Shown: positions 1 to 10,934 of the stretch, piece after piece
Numbering within the stretch: position 1 is the first letter of the stretch
Layout: every line of letters starts with the position of its first letter
Assembly (NCBI RefSeq): GCF_009914755.1
Contig: NC_060942.1
Length of the DNA stretch: 64,000 bases
Source: the human T2T-CHM13v2.0 reference genome, Homo sapiens
Reading direction: 5' to 3' (one strand)
Made by a program: the position numbers and the translations under genes
Notes under the pieces: generated by a model
Told to the model about the DNA's origin: nothing
The model's database searches: none
What the model saw: the letters and a program-made list of their open reading frames with translations, nothing else

Positions 1-211
1 GAGCCTCTCTGTGTGGATGTGTGTGATGTCAGATTCAGGGGCTCTTTTCATCAAAGAGGCAGAGCAGTGTGTGCTTTGATGAAGGAGGCGGAGTGGAATC
101 CCCAGCTGTCTCCTTCCTGGCCCTGTCCAGTGGTGCGGTCTTGCTGTTGAATTTGCAGAACTGGCACTGATGGGCTGTGTTTGAGTGTCACCCCCTCTCT
201 TCGGATTCCAG

Positions 212-440
212 GAAACTTGGAACTGCTGGGCAGAAGCTTGGTGGTGCCGCTGTCCTTTGTCATATCAAGCATGACCCTGTGGATCCAGGAGGATCCTTCA
301 CCTTGACCTCTGCTAATGTGGGCAAGTGCCAAACAGTTCTCTGTCGAAATGGAAAGCCGCTGCCTCTGTCCAGATCTTACATCATGAGCTGTGAAGAAGA
401 GCTGAAGAGGATTAAACAGCACAAGGCCATTATCACTGAG
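212..440 (+). CDS. PHLPP1: PHLPP1 penultimate coding exon (PP2C-like domain, KLGTAGQKLGGAAVLCH...KAIITE)
   Basis: Acceptor ttccAG|G ends at 211 and donor GAG|GTGAGA starts at 441. The translation matches recalled PHLPP1 sequence and joins the next exon in frame (ITE|DGKVNG). Confidence 0.97.
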
Positions 441-609
441 GTGAGAAAACAGGGGTGTTGCCCAGGATGGTGGAGAGGAGAGGAGAGGAGACCAGGTCAT
501 AGCAGAAACTAGCTAGGGAGCATTTGCCTTCAAAGAACACTTTTGAAGTTGGTTTGACATTAGAATTCCAAATCCATAGTATCACAAAGCAGATGTCTTA
601 CATTATGAT

Positions 610-900
610 GTATATGCTTGTTGGTTGCCTCTCTGCATCAGGCACTGTGCTGCGTGCTTCATGGGCATGATCCCATTCCATGTTTGCAGCCACTCTGCAG
701 AGGGCTGCTTTGGTGGTTGAGGGCTCTACCCCTGACATCACACTGCTAGTTTTCATATCTTAGCTCTGCCACTTGTAGGTTGTGACCTTTAAACCTCTCT
801 AAGCCTCAGTTTTCTCATCTGTAAAGTGGGAATAATCATGCATCTGTCCTATCTTACAAGGTTGGTATGACTTGTAAACTATGAACGTCTATGTAAGTGT
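610..900. mobile_element. MIR fragments (probably both orientations)
   Basis: MIR core ctctaagcctcagttttctcatctgtaaagtgggaataat at ~797-838; reverse-type caggcactgtgctg at ~638. Confidence 0.65.
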
Positions 901-945
901 ACTAGTTGTTATTTTGGTTCATACCTCATGTCCCATTTGAGTACA

Positions 946-1145
946 CAGTAAGCAGTTTTCAACTGGGGGCAGTTTGCTTCCCCACAAGACATTTGGCAAC
1001 ATATGGAGACATTTTTGGTCATCACAGCTGGGGCGGAGAGTGCAATTGACATGCAGTGGATTGAGGCCACTGAGCATCCTACAGCGCTGCTAGGACAATG
1101 CTGCTCAACACCCCACAATGCACAGGGCAGTCTCCACAACACAGA
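946..1145 (+). mobile_element. MER20 (hAT-Charlie DNA transposon)
   Basis: gacatttggcaacatatggagacatttttggtcatcacagctgggg...acaatgcacagggcag matches the MER20 consensus. Confidence 0.8.
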
Positions 1146-3077
1146 CTGTGGTGTGTGTGTTTGGAGGGCGTGTCTCAAGGAAGAGAAGTAAAATACAATA
1201 CAAAACAAAACCTCGTTGTTGAGTATTAAGCAATGCAAACAAAAGCAGGGAAGAGGCGAGGCACAGAAAACAAGAGAAGTCTGACGTGCAAACCATGATT
1301 CATGTAGGTCACAGAAATCATTTACCTTCAATTGTGTTTGGCATAATGTTGAACTAAAGTTGAAATCAGTGCATTCTGTACACATTAGACTGTCTTCTGC
1401 TCCCTAGCACAGTGTCTACCATCCATGTGCATCCTCTCTGCTCCAAGAATAGACAGAGAACAAATTCACACAGACTCATTTGCACAGAATCCCATGTATA
1501 GCTTGAGTCTTTCTGTTTCTTTCTTAAGGCCCTCATCAAAGCCTGTGTGGAGTCAGTCTTTTTTCTCTACTGGACTATAAGCTTTCACCAGAGTCCACCC
1601 CAAACTGTACATGGTTCTATGGGTTTTATCAACAATGTAAGACTGGAAACCTCTTGAAGGTAGATGTTTCTTTGCAGGTCACTGCTGTCTGCCCACGTCA
1701 TTTTTTCAGGCACAGGGCAGATGACTGACACTTTGATGAATTAGCGAATGGAGCAGAACTCCTGGAGCCCATGGTGGAAGCTTCATTGCTCATGAATCAC
1801 AAAACCATTGGTTTTGATAGAGAGAAATCTAAAGGGATGGACAGAACAGCAAGAACAGTTTCTGCCAAATTCCATGCTTTGGGGACAGATTATGTCAGTA
1901 GAATCAAGGCAGTTTAAGGTTGTGCTTGAAGCCCATCTTACTAATTTTACTAATAGGAATGCTTACCTGCTTATAAGTGTGGTGTGGCAAAGTTGTGTGA
2001 GAAGCTGGGAAAGACATCCCTAGGACAAGTAAACACCTTGCCAAATCCCAAATAAAGGGAAGTGGTAGGACTGGAAAGGAAATGGATATTCTGTGGAAGA
2101 AACACTTTGTCATCCCAGACAGGGATTTGTCATAATGAAGCCTTTCCTGGAAAGAAGTGTTAAAACTAGGGCATGTAGAGGTATGTCATGGACCTGAGAA
2201 TCTCAAAATTTGAAGAATAAAGAACCAAGCAGGTACACGTGGCAAAAAAAAAAAAAAAAAAAAAAAAAACCCAGGTCTTTTTATTGGCAAGTGGTCTGGC
2301 ACTTTGGTAATTGATTTAAATAGCATGCACACAGCTGAACTAAAGCCAGCAGATCTTGCCTTCTCCATTGGTCAACAGGAAATCAAGTTCAAGGAAGTTG
2401 TAAGAATTGGCATTTCTTCTTTAGCATCTGTTCTCCTGACATGAGCATTCTTACCCACCTAGTCAAACCAAGGTTTTCTCCACCGCTTAAGTACTTTCAA
2501 GTCCTCTCTGGACCTTTAGACACTACTGCCTCTTGTGATCATGGAGAGCAATGGAAGATTTAGGAGCATTGTCTTGATATATGCCTGCGTCATGTGTCTT
2601 TGCTCAGGACTGGCTTCTATCAGAAAGTCTCTTGCTACCTCAGAGTCTTCCTACACCCAGCCCGTCTGAGGGCCGATCCTTGATCACCATGTTCACCAAG
2701 GGAGGGAAGATGTAAACCCATGTTTACAGGAGGAGCTAGCCAGCTATGCTTGCTGTGTAAGGCTAGATGATGGCTTGCTTTAGATAAACAGCAGGACTTG
2801 TGACCTAGTGTGAATGGGGTCCCAGTAACACACATAACCGAAATCTTTTCCTTTTGTCCCTACTGCTCCTTACCTGCCCAGGCCTACTACCTGGGGTTTC
2901 TGATGACAGGTGCACATTAACTACTCACTACAGAGTGAGCCCTTCTTTCCTCTGTGGGCCACACAGCACTTCTCTGTGGTCCTACAGTCGAGACAGTCGA
3001 GGGACCCGCAGGGAACCTGCACAGTTGCCGCAGGTGCTCTGTATTAACTGTCTGTCTGCAAACCCTTGTTCTTCCAG

Positions 3078-4247
3078 GATGGCAAGGTGAACGGAGTGAC
3101 TGAGTCCACGCGCATCCTGGGCTACACCTTCCTCCATCCCAGTGTGGTGCCTCGCCCCCACGTGCAGTCCGTGCTCCTGACTCCCCAGGATGAGTTCTTC
3201 ATCCTAGGCAGTAAGGGGTTGTGGGACAGCCTGTCCGTCGAGGAGGCCGTGGAAGCCGTGCGCAACGTGCCCGATGCCCTGGCTGCTGCCAAGAAGCTGT
3301 GTACCCTGGCCCAGAGCTACGGCTGCCACGACAGCATCAGCGCTGTGGTGGTGCAGCTCAGTGTCACTGAGGACAGCTTCTGCTGCTGCGAGCTCAGCGC
3401 CGGTGGGGCTGTGCCACCACCCAGTCCTGGCATCTTTCCTCCCTCAGTGAACATGGTGATCAAGGATCGGCCCTCAGATGGGCTGGGCGTGCCGTCCTCC
3501 AGCAGCGGCATGGCTTCCGAGATTAGCAGTGAGCTCTCCACTTCTGAGATGAGCAGCGAGGTGGGGTCAACAGCCTCCGATGAGCCCCCGCCCGGAGCCC
3601 TAAGCGAGAACAGCCCTGCCTACCCCAGTGAGCAGCGCTGCATGCTCCACCCCATCTGTCTGTCCAACTCCTTCCAGCGCCAGCTATCCAGCGCCACGTT
3701 CTCTAGCGCCTTCTCCGACAACGGCCTTGACAGTGACGATGAGGAGCCCATCGAGGGCGTCTTCACCAACGGCAGCCGGGTGGAGGTGGAGGTGGACATC
3801 CACTGCAGCCGGGCCAAGGAGAAGGAGAAACAGCAGCACCTGCTTCAGGTGCCAGCAGAGGCCAGTGATGAGGGCATTGTCATCAGCGCCAACGAGGATG
3901 AGCCAGGTCTGCCCAGGAAGGCAGACTTCTCTGCCGTTGGGACCATTGGGCGCCGGAGGGCCAATGGCTCTGTTGCGCCCCAGGAAAGGAGCCACAATGT
4001 GATAGAGGTGGCTACAGACGCACCTCTTCGAAAGCCTGGAGGCTATTTTGCTGCCCCGGCTCAGCCGGATCCTGATGATCAGTTTATCATACCCCCGGAG
4101 CTGGAAGAGGAGGTCAAAGAAATCATGAAGCATCACCAGGAGCAACAGCAGCAGCAGCAGCCGCCACCACCCCCTCAGCTCCAGCCGCAGCTGCCGCGGC
4201 ACTACCAGCTGGACCAGCTGCCAGATTATTACGACACGCCACTATGA
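3078..4247 (+). CDS. PHLPP1: PHLPP1 terminal coding exon (end of PP2C-like domain, Ser-rich tail, polyQ/polyP, PDZ-binding DTPL)
   Basis: Acceptor cttgttcttccAG|GAT ends at 3077. Open frame DGKVNGVTESTRILGY...YYDTPL with TGA at 4245-4247; recognised PHLPP1 C-terminus. Confidence 0.98.
   Translation, partial: DGKVNGVTESTRILGYTFLHPSVVPRPHVQSVLLTPQDEFFILGSKGLWDSLSVEEAVEAVRNVPDALAAAKKLCTLAQSYGCHDSISAVVVQLSVTEDSFCCCELSAGGAVPPPSPGIFPPSVNMVIKDRPSDGLGVPSSSSGMASEISSELSTSEMSSEVGSTASDEPPPGALSENSPAYPSEQRCMLHPICLSNSFQRQLSSATFSSAFSDNGLDSDDEEPIEGVFTNGSRVEVEVDIHCSRAKEKEKQQHLLQVPAEASDEGIVISANEDEPGLPRKADFSAVGTIGRRRANGSVAPQERSHNVIEVATDAPLRKPGGYFAAPAQPDPDDQFIIPPELEEEVKEIMKHHQEQQQQQQPPPPPQLQPQLPRHYQLDQLPDYYDTPL
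4143..4175 (+). repeat. Coding CAA(CAG)5 followed by Pro codons (QQQQQQPPPPP)
   Basis: caacagcagcagcagcagccgccaccaccccct. Confidence 0.9.
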
Positions 4248-4483
4248 CCCAGCCGAGCTGTTTAACAAATAAACTAACCACAAAAGACTGAGTTGCAAGA
4301 GTCTCCCAGGCTCACATTAAACCAGGGGTTTTACTCCACATCCTTCCCCCAGACACTGTTCCCAACCTGTCATCGCAGCTAATCTGTAGGTTCTCTTTCT
4401 TTGGGTTATTTTTTTAAGTAATCACCACTTTCTTCTAGTGATGCTTTACCAATATGATTTACATTTGTTAACTTCTCCCCCTA

Positions 4484-4491
4484 ACATATCA
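4484..4491 (+). promoter_or_regulatory. miR-190 8mer seed match ACATATCA
   Basis: Exact complement of the miR-190 seed (GAUAUGU) plus A1; miR-190 regulation of PHLPP1 has been reported (recalled). Confidence 0.65.
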
Positions 4492-4662
4492 GATATGTAA
4501 AGACAAAGAACAAAAGGTTTAATATATTACAGAGAAACAGTTAATGATAATGTAATATTTTTTAAAATGGCTTTTTGTTGTTTGTTTGGAAGGCAGGGCA
4601 GGCTGCCGTTGCTAAATGATTTAATAATATTGTAATTCTGTATTTCTTTGGGGGGAAAAGGC

Positions 4663-4698
4663 TTTTGTTTTGTTTTGTTTTGTTTTGTTTTGTTTTTG
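4663..4698 (+). repeat. (TTTTG)n simple repeat in the 3' UTR
   Basis: About 7 imperfect units visible. Confidence 0.9.
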
Positions 4699-4764
4699 TC
4701 TTGAAAATAATAGACATTTGTAGAATATGGAGACTAACTCCTAGGAGTTGCTTTACTCTGTCAG

Positions 4765-4772
4765 GTGACTTA
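4765..4772 (+). promoter_or_regulatory. miR-224-5p 8mer seed match GTGACTTA
   Basis: Complement of seed AAGUCAC plus A1. Confidence 0.6.
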
Positions 4773-4827
4773 AGTCACTGGGATTCACTAATTTTCTCTG
4801 AGAGAACAGCTGATTGAGAATTTCCAT

Positions 4828-4835
4828 TGTAAATA
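4828..4835 (+). promoter_or_regulatory. Pumilio response element TGTAAATA
   Basis: Matches UGUANAUA. Confidence 0.55.
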
Positions 4836-4838
4836 GCT

Positions 4839-4996
4839 CAGTGTTGTATAGTGAGGCTTACGATGTTTTGTAGTCTTGGCGTAAGGACACAGCCCAAGTA
4901 ACTGACGTTTCCCCTCCCCCTCCCCTCTGAGGAGCCTGCCTGCCTCACAACTCACCCTCACTTCACTGAATGAGGAGGCTGAGCAGCTGCAGTGTT
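4839..4996 (+). promoter_or_regulatory. Two miR-141/200a 7mer-m8 sites CAGTGTT (4839-4845, 4990-4996)
   Basis: Exact seed complements in the 3' UTR. Confidence 0.55.
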
Positions 4997-5226
4997 TCTG
5001 TCCGGAGGAAATGGATCTTAGGCCACTGGACAAGAACCTGCACCCAAGGGCCCTGAACCCATTTTCCTCCCCTGTCCCAGCCTTCCCACTTTGACAGACA
5101 CTTTTAACTGTGTTCCTTACTGCTGCCACAATCAGCATGGTTGTATAGTGCCCCATTAGGCCATTTACATACCCAGAGTTATACTCAAGCAGAATGCACA
5201 AATGGACATGTCATAATTTTTGTTAC

Positions 5227-5232
5227 AATAAA
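5227..5232 (+). terminator. Main polyadenylation signal AATAAA
   Basis: Canonical hexamer with upstream U-rich sequence and downstream ctgcttttgt; sits just before the first Alu. Confidence 0.75.
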
Positions 5233-5441
5233 TATGAAATTTACAAGTATTTACAAGTATCTGCTTTTGTCTCAGCAGCCAGATGTTTCTTGGAGACAGT
5301 CACACTAGCTTGCGTTTAGAAAGAATGGATGGAATATTGGGGTTATCAGATATTTCTGATTTTTTTTTTAAGAGAAAAACATCCAGTAAGTTAACCTACA
5401 TTGAATGAAATGTGAAATTAACCAAATGGTAAGCAGTATAA

Positions 5442-5775
<334 letters not shown>

Positions 5776-8033
5776 TGATCTTACAGCTTTTCTATTTCTT
5801 CTTATGACTTAGGGTAAGATGTTTGGGTACTTCTTAGGGAAGATGTGAGAAGGGGGATAGACAGAGGTTGCATAGATAGGGGAGATCCCTGGACAACTTT
5901 ACTCTCACGAAGCGAAGTTTTCAGTTTTCCTGGGGGGCCTGTAGCTCACATAAGCAGGTTAACCTGCCTCTTACTTGGACAGGGTCAATCAAGCTGGTTG
6001 GCTTGCCTTCCACCACCAGCAGGAATCGTGTAGGTGCAGCGGTGTGTACTTAAGAAAGCCAGTATTCCCAGCTACTAGTCAACTGCATTTACAGACAGGG
6101 ACCTCCGCCTTCACCTCGCCCCCACCCTACACGTGTGAACCTTGTGTGGAAGATACTGTTGGTCTTCATCTCACATGGACCACCTTCCTATGTAGACCTG
6201 GCTTCCTTCTTTAGGTCTGCCCTTGGGTGGGACCTGGCTAATTCAGTGACAGGGCAGTTCTTATTTCTTAACTAGTAGACTTGGTGGTGGGCTCTGTGTC
6301 CCCCTCTAGGAGGCCGCTGGGTGGACTTTGTTTTCGTAATGGCCGTACTTCATTTCCACATCAGGCTACTTGCACACAGTGCTCTTTGGAAACCACTAAA
6401 GCCATGGAAGAGAATTGCCTCATCTCGGCCCAGTGAGAGACCCAGGGACCAAGGAAGCTGACTCCCCAGTACAGGCGGAGCGCTCTGGCTGAGACTGGAA
6501 GCTAAACCACCTTGGGACCCCTGCCCCGGTTCCACTTCCCAGCCCCTTACCTTGTCCCTCGGGCTGCCCCACTGGGTTGAAGCAGATGTGGACAACTCCA
6601 AGCTCTCACACCGACGCCTTAGTTCCTGCAGGTCTGGGCTGCTTCTCTGACTTCCTCAGTTCTTAAACCCCCTCTGGGCAGGGTTCACCTGTCCCCGGGG
6701 GTGGAGCACACCCCGGCCTTGTATGTGGATCTCTTCCACCGCAGCTCACTTCCAGAGTGGTCAGAACTGGCTGAGCGTGGTCCACGGAGGCAGCAATCGC
6801 TTCCAGATTCTAAAATGGGCCCCACAGCAACTCTGTGCCAGGGGCAGCCACTGGGCCCCACAAGCTCTGATGCAGGGACACCTCATTTCCTAACTTCTGT
6901 GTCTGCTGCAGGAGAAAGGGGTATGAGACTTGGAATTGCTTTTTTCCTGAGTCCTCCAGTTTATTTGTGCTTGCTGCTGGGTTTATTGTCTCTTTTCGGT
7001 CCCATTGTGCACATACTACATGTAAGGCACCTTGGAGTGAGACTGCCCTTTGGAGGCTTGGGGTAAGTAGGGCATTTAGATGAAAAGGTAATTCAGTCAA
7101 GCACATGTTGAGTGACCAAAGTGGCATAGACTTAGCTGATAGGTCTCCATGCGGTTGCATAGGAGCTGCCTCAGTTATTTCTGAGGAGTTTCTTTGCATT
7201 TCTGTTTATCCAGATAGCATCTAATAGTATATGTAGAGCTGCTTATACAACTGAAAGTGCTTTCTGAATATTAAAGTGCTTAATATTTGAAGATCCCTGA
7301 AGCCACAGTGTCTGCAGGGTAAGTATTAGGGAGAAGGGCATTCCCGCCTGCTCTATTCCCTGCTTCCTGCTGGAAATCCAGATAATTGGGAAAGGGCTTT
7401 GAGGGGAGAGAAAGGAAGAAATGAAACGGGAAGCGGAGAGCTGTGGTGAGCCTTGCTAGGAGAAGAACCCCTGATCGAGGACCCTAGAAACTGTTTGGTG
7501 TTGGATCCAGCGCATGCTGCCCGCCCTGTGCTGCCCTCAAGCTTCCTGCCCTTCGCTCCTGCTCCCGAGCACTGGCTTTGATGAGAGGTAGCAGAGCCGA
7601 TCTCTGGGACCCAGAAACCCCACCTGCCTGCCTTGGTTTCTCTTGATTGCTTTTGTCACAGCACCACCTGCTGGTAAGCTTAGACTTTGGGTGGAAATGG
7701 GCTTCACTCTTTATCCTTCCTTCACTTTCCCAGAAGAAACAAAGTGTTTAAGTTTCTTATCACTGTATTTTCGTAAACACATGATAGCAAACTCCTATAC
7801 CACTGTCAAGTATAGCCGAGAAGCTGTGTTTCCGCTTTGTAAGACAGTAGAAGTGATGACAGCTGGTTCCTGTGATGAGCCTGATTTTCCATGGGAAATT
7901 GACATGCAGAAATATTAAGATGGATAACCAGAATCATATAGTTTTGCTGGGAGAGAAGTCTGTCTTCAATGTCCATCTAATTCCCAATTCCCCTTTCCAT
8001 GGTTAAAAAAAGCAAAACACAAAGCATCTGTTA

Positions 8034-8492
<459 letters not shown>

Positions 8493-8832
8493 ATTTTTTT
8501 TTCTTTTATTATCATACTTTAAGTTCTAGGGTACATGTGCACAACGTGCAGGTTTGTTACATATATATACATGTGCCATGTTGGTGTGCTGCACCCATTA
8601 ACTCGTCATTTACATTAGGTATATCTCCTAATGCTATCCCTCCCCGCTCCCCCACGCCACAACAGGCCCCGGTGTGTGATGTTCCCCACCCTATGTCCAA
8701 GTGTTCTTATTGTTCAATTCCCACCTATGAGTGAGAACATGCGGTGTTTGGTTTTCTGGCCTTGTGATAGTTTGCTGAGAATGATGATTTCTAGCTTCAT
8801 CCATGTCCCTGCAAAGGACATGAACTCATCCT
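8493..8832 (-). mobile_element. L1PA (about PA5) 3' end, 5'-truncated, lying inside the Alu A-tail
   Basis: tactttaagttctagggtacatgtgcacaacgtgcagg is the L1PA 3' terminus. Confidence 0.92.
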
Positions 8833-9034
8833 AAAAAAAGATAGAATTTCTATAAAGTGTGGGTTTCTGGTATCTGCCTTACCTACCTCTCCAGCAATCA
8901 AATTAGGTCATGTATTTGCAGTAATTTAAATACTAAAGCCTTATGTAAGTGTAAATATTGTCATTGTTACAAATGAAGGAACTAAGGGGCGTCTGAAAGA
9001 AAATAATGAGGAATGCAGCAAAAGCACCTTTTTA

Positions 9035-9183
9035 AGCCAGGTATGGTACTGTGGGCCTGAAGTTAGTCCCAGCAACTTGGGAGGCTGAGGCTAGAGGATC
9101 ACTTGAGCCAACGAGTTCAAGGCCAGCCTGGGCAACACAGCAAGCCCCTGACTCTTAAAAAAAAAAAAAAAAGAAAGAAAAAA
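9035..9183 (+). mobile_element. FLAM / free Alu monomer
   Basis: Single monomer plus A-tail; near-TSD AAAG(C/T)ACCTTTTT on both sides. Confidence 0.8.
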
Positions 9184-10553
9184 GTACCTTTTTGAAAATG
9201 GGAAACTCTTAAGTCACTTATTACAATTGTTATAGAAGGAAAAGCACTGGTAATGATGGAGAAAATGGGCTTCTCTCATTTGTTGCCATTTCATTTTTCT
9301 TTCATTGCATCCCCCTAACTCACACTGTGCAAACTAGTCTATGGAAACTCTTATCTCACTATTGTCATTTATCTGTCATGAACTGATTCTTATTGCTATG
9401 TATTTGAAAGACGGCTCTAAGGTGGTTTTTTTTTTCCCCTAAGCCTCACCCCACTCAGCACCAAAATTACAACAAAGTTCCAACTTAGTACGGCGAGTCT
9501 ATTGCCCTGCTCACTAAGTGAATGTAGGAATTACATCTAGCAGACAAAGCTTTGGGCTGGTGATGGAAAGCACACCCCACCGCTCACACCCTCCTGCTTC
9601 ACTGTGTGCATTCATTCAACGTGTTTAGGAAACACCAGTAAAGAGCTGGCTACTTTGCATGGCTCTGCCTCACCAGCACGGGGCCCTGAGAAAATGGCTT
9701 GGTGTGGAGGTGGCTGTGCTAACCTCATGAGGGTGTGAGCCAGCCTGACGATGGCCTACGGGCCCACATGAATGGCAGAAGCCAGTGTGGAGGCCCCATA
9801 TATTGTCCTGTTCCTTCTGGAAGACTAAGGTTGAACACTGCCGAGGAAATTGGCAGATGGGTCCTCAAGGCAGCCGTCCATTTTCTGGGGTGTGTGGTAG
9901 AAAGCTGGAGGCTATGCTGTCCCCAGCCCTGATGTGAGTACCCATAAACAATCATGGCATTTCTCCAGCTTCGGTTCATGAGTCCCTTCATTTTATGCCC
10001 AATCAGAAACACAGTGTTCTTCTATCCTGTGCAGAGGGGGAAGCAACAGAACACTTGGAGAATTTTCTTCCATCTGCTCATGACTGGAATTGCTCTCATT
10101 GTCATTCCTCCGCTTTTCTAAGGACAGGGAAGGAAAACTGCCTTCACTGAAATCACAGGTACTTTCTAGTCATTCAGTTTCTTAGGTCTTATTCCATTCT
10201 GGTAAGCTGGCACTTTCCCCTAATTACCAATCTTACCTATTGAGAGAAAGTTGAAATGGCAACAAAGATGGTTTTCCCAAATGCTACACCTCCAGATGTT
10301 GACTTTTCTTGAACTCATAAATAAGTGATTTGCTCTTCTGAATTTTCAAGAAAACTGCTCCACAATTAACATTCAAAGTTTCTTAAACTAGTTTTCACTT
10401 AATAGAAATTGCCTTGTAAGCCACGAATAAATCAAGCACACAAAATAAATGTATTTTATTTGCCTTATGATCTGTAATACTGTAATGCTGTAATACACCT
10501 CCTCCTAGAGCATTTCAGATGGTTAAAAATAGCTTATTTAAATGTGTCACATC

Positions 10554-10934
10554 CATATACACCATGGAATACTATGCAGCCATAAAAAATGATGAGTTCA
10601 TGTCCTTTGTAGGGACATGGATGAAATTGGAAATCATCATTCTCAGCAAACTATCGCAAGGACAAAAAACCAAACACCGCGTATTCTCACTCATCGGTGG
10701 GAATTGAACAATGAGAACACATGGACACAGGAAGGGGAACATCACACTCTGGGGACTGTTGTGGGGTGGGGGGAGGGGGGAGGGATAGCATTAGGAGATA
10801 TACCTAATGCTAAATGACGAGTTGATGGGTGCAGCACACCAGCATGGCACATGTCTACATATGTAACTAACCTGCACATTGTGCACATGTACCCTAAAAC
10901 TTAAAGTATAATAATAAAAGAAGAAAAAATAAAT
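10554..10934 (+). mobile_element. L1PA (about PA3/4) 3' end, 5'-truncated
   Basis: ORF2 C-terminus (IYTMEYYAAIK...SLIGGN), G-rich tract and A-tail; TSD TAAATGTGTCA(C/T)ATC. Confidence 0.93.

Larger units (their letters stand above)
441..3077 (+). other. PHLPP1: Last intron of PHLPP1 (GT-AG, phase 0)
   Basis: Canonical GT...AG ends between two in-frame exons. Confidence 0.95.
4248..5255 (+). other. PHLPP1: PHLPP1 3' UTR (~1 kb), AU/GU-rich
   Basis: Follows the stop codon; U-rich tracts and ATTTA elements; AATAAA at 5227-5232. The end coordinate is inferred from the signal. Confidence 0.8.

Noticed and set aside
3066-3077. Apparent start MFFQ of the 393-aa ORF
   Set aside because: A TTG within the polypyrimidine tract/splice acceptor; the real exon starts at 3078.
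3684-4202. 172-aa antisense ORF and 124-aa alternate-frame ORF (3628-4002) over the PHLPP1 last exon
   Set aside because: Expected shadows of a GC-rich coding exon; no recognisable domain or independent signals.
7254-7292. Short hairpin AATATTAA-agtgc-TTAATATT with repeated AAAGTGCTT (miR-302-like seed)
   Set aside because: Stem too short and AT-rich for a pre-miRNA; lies outside the mRNA.
10762-10784. Strong G-quadruplex-forming tract
   Set aside because: Ordinary polypurine tract of the L1PA 3' UTR.
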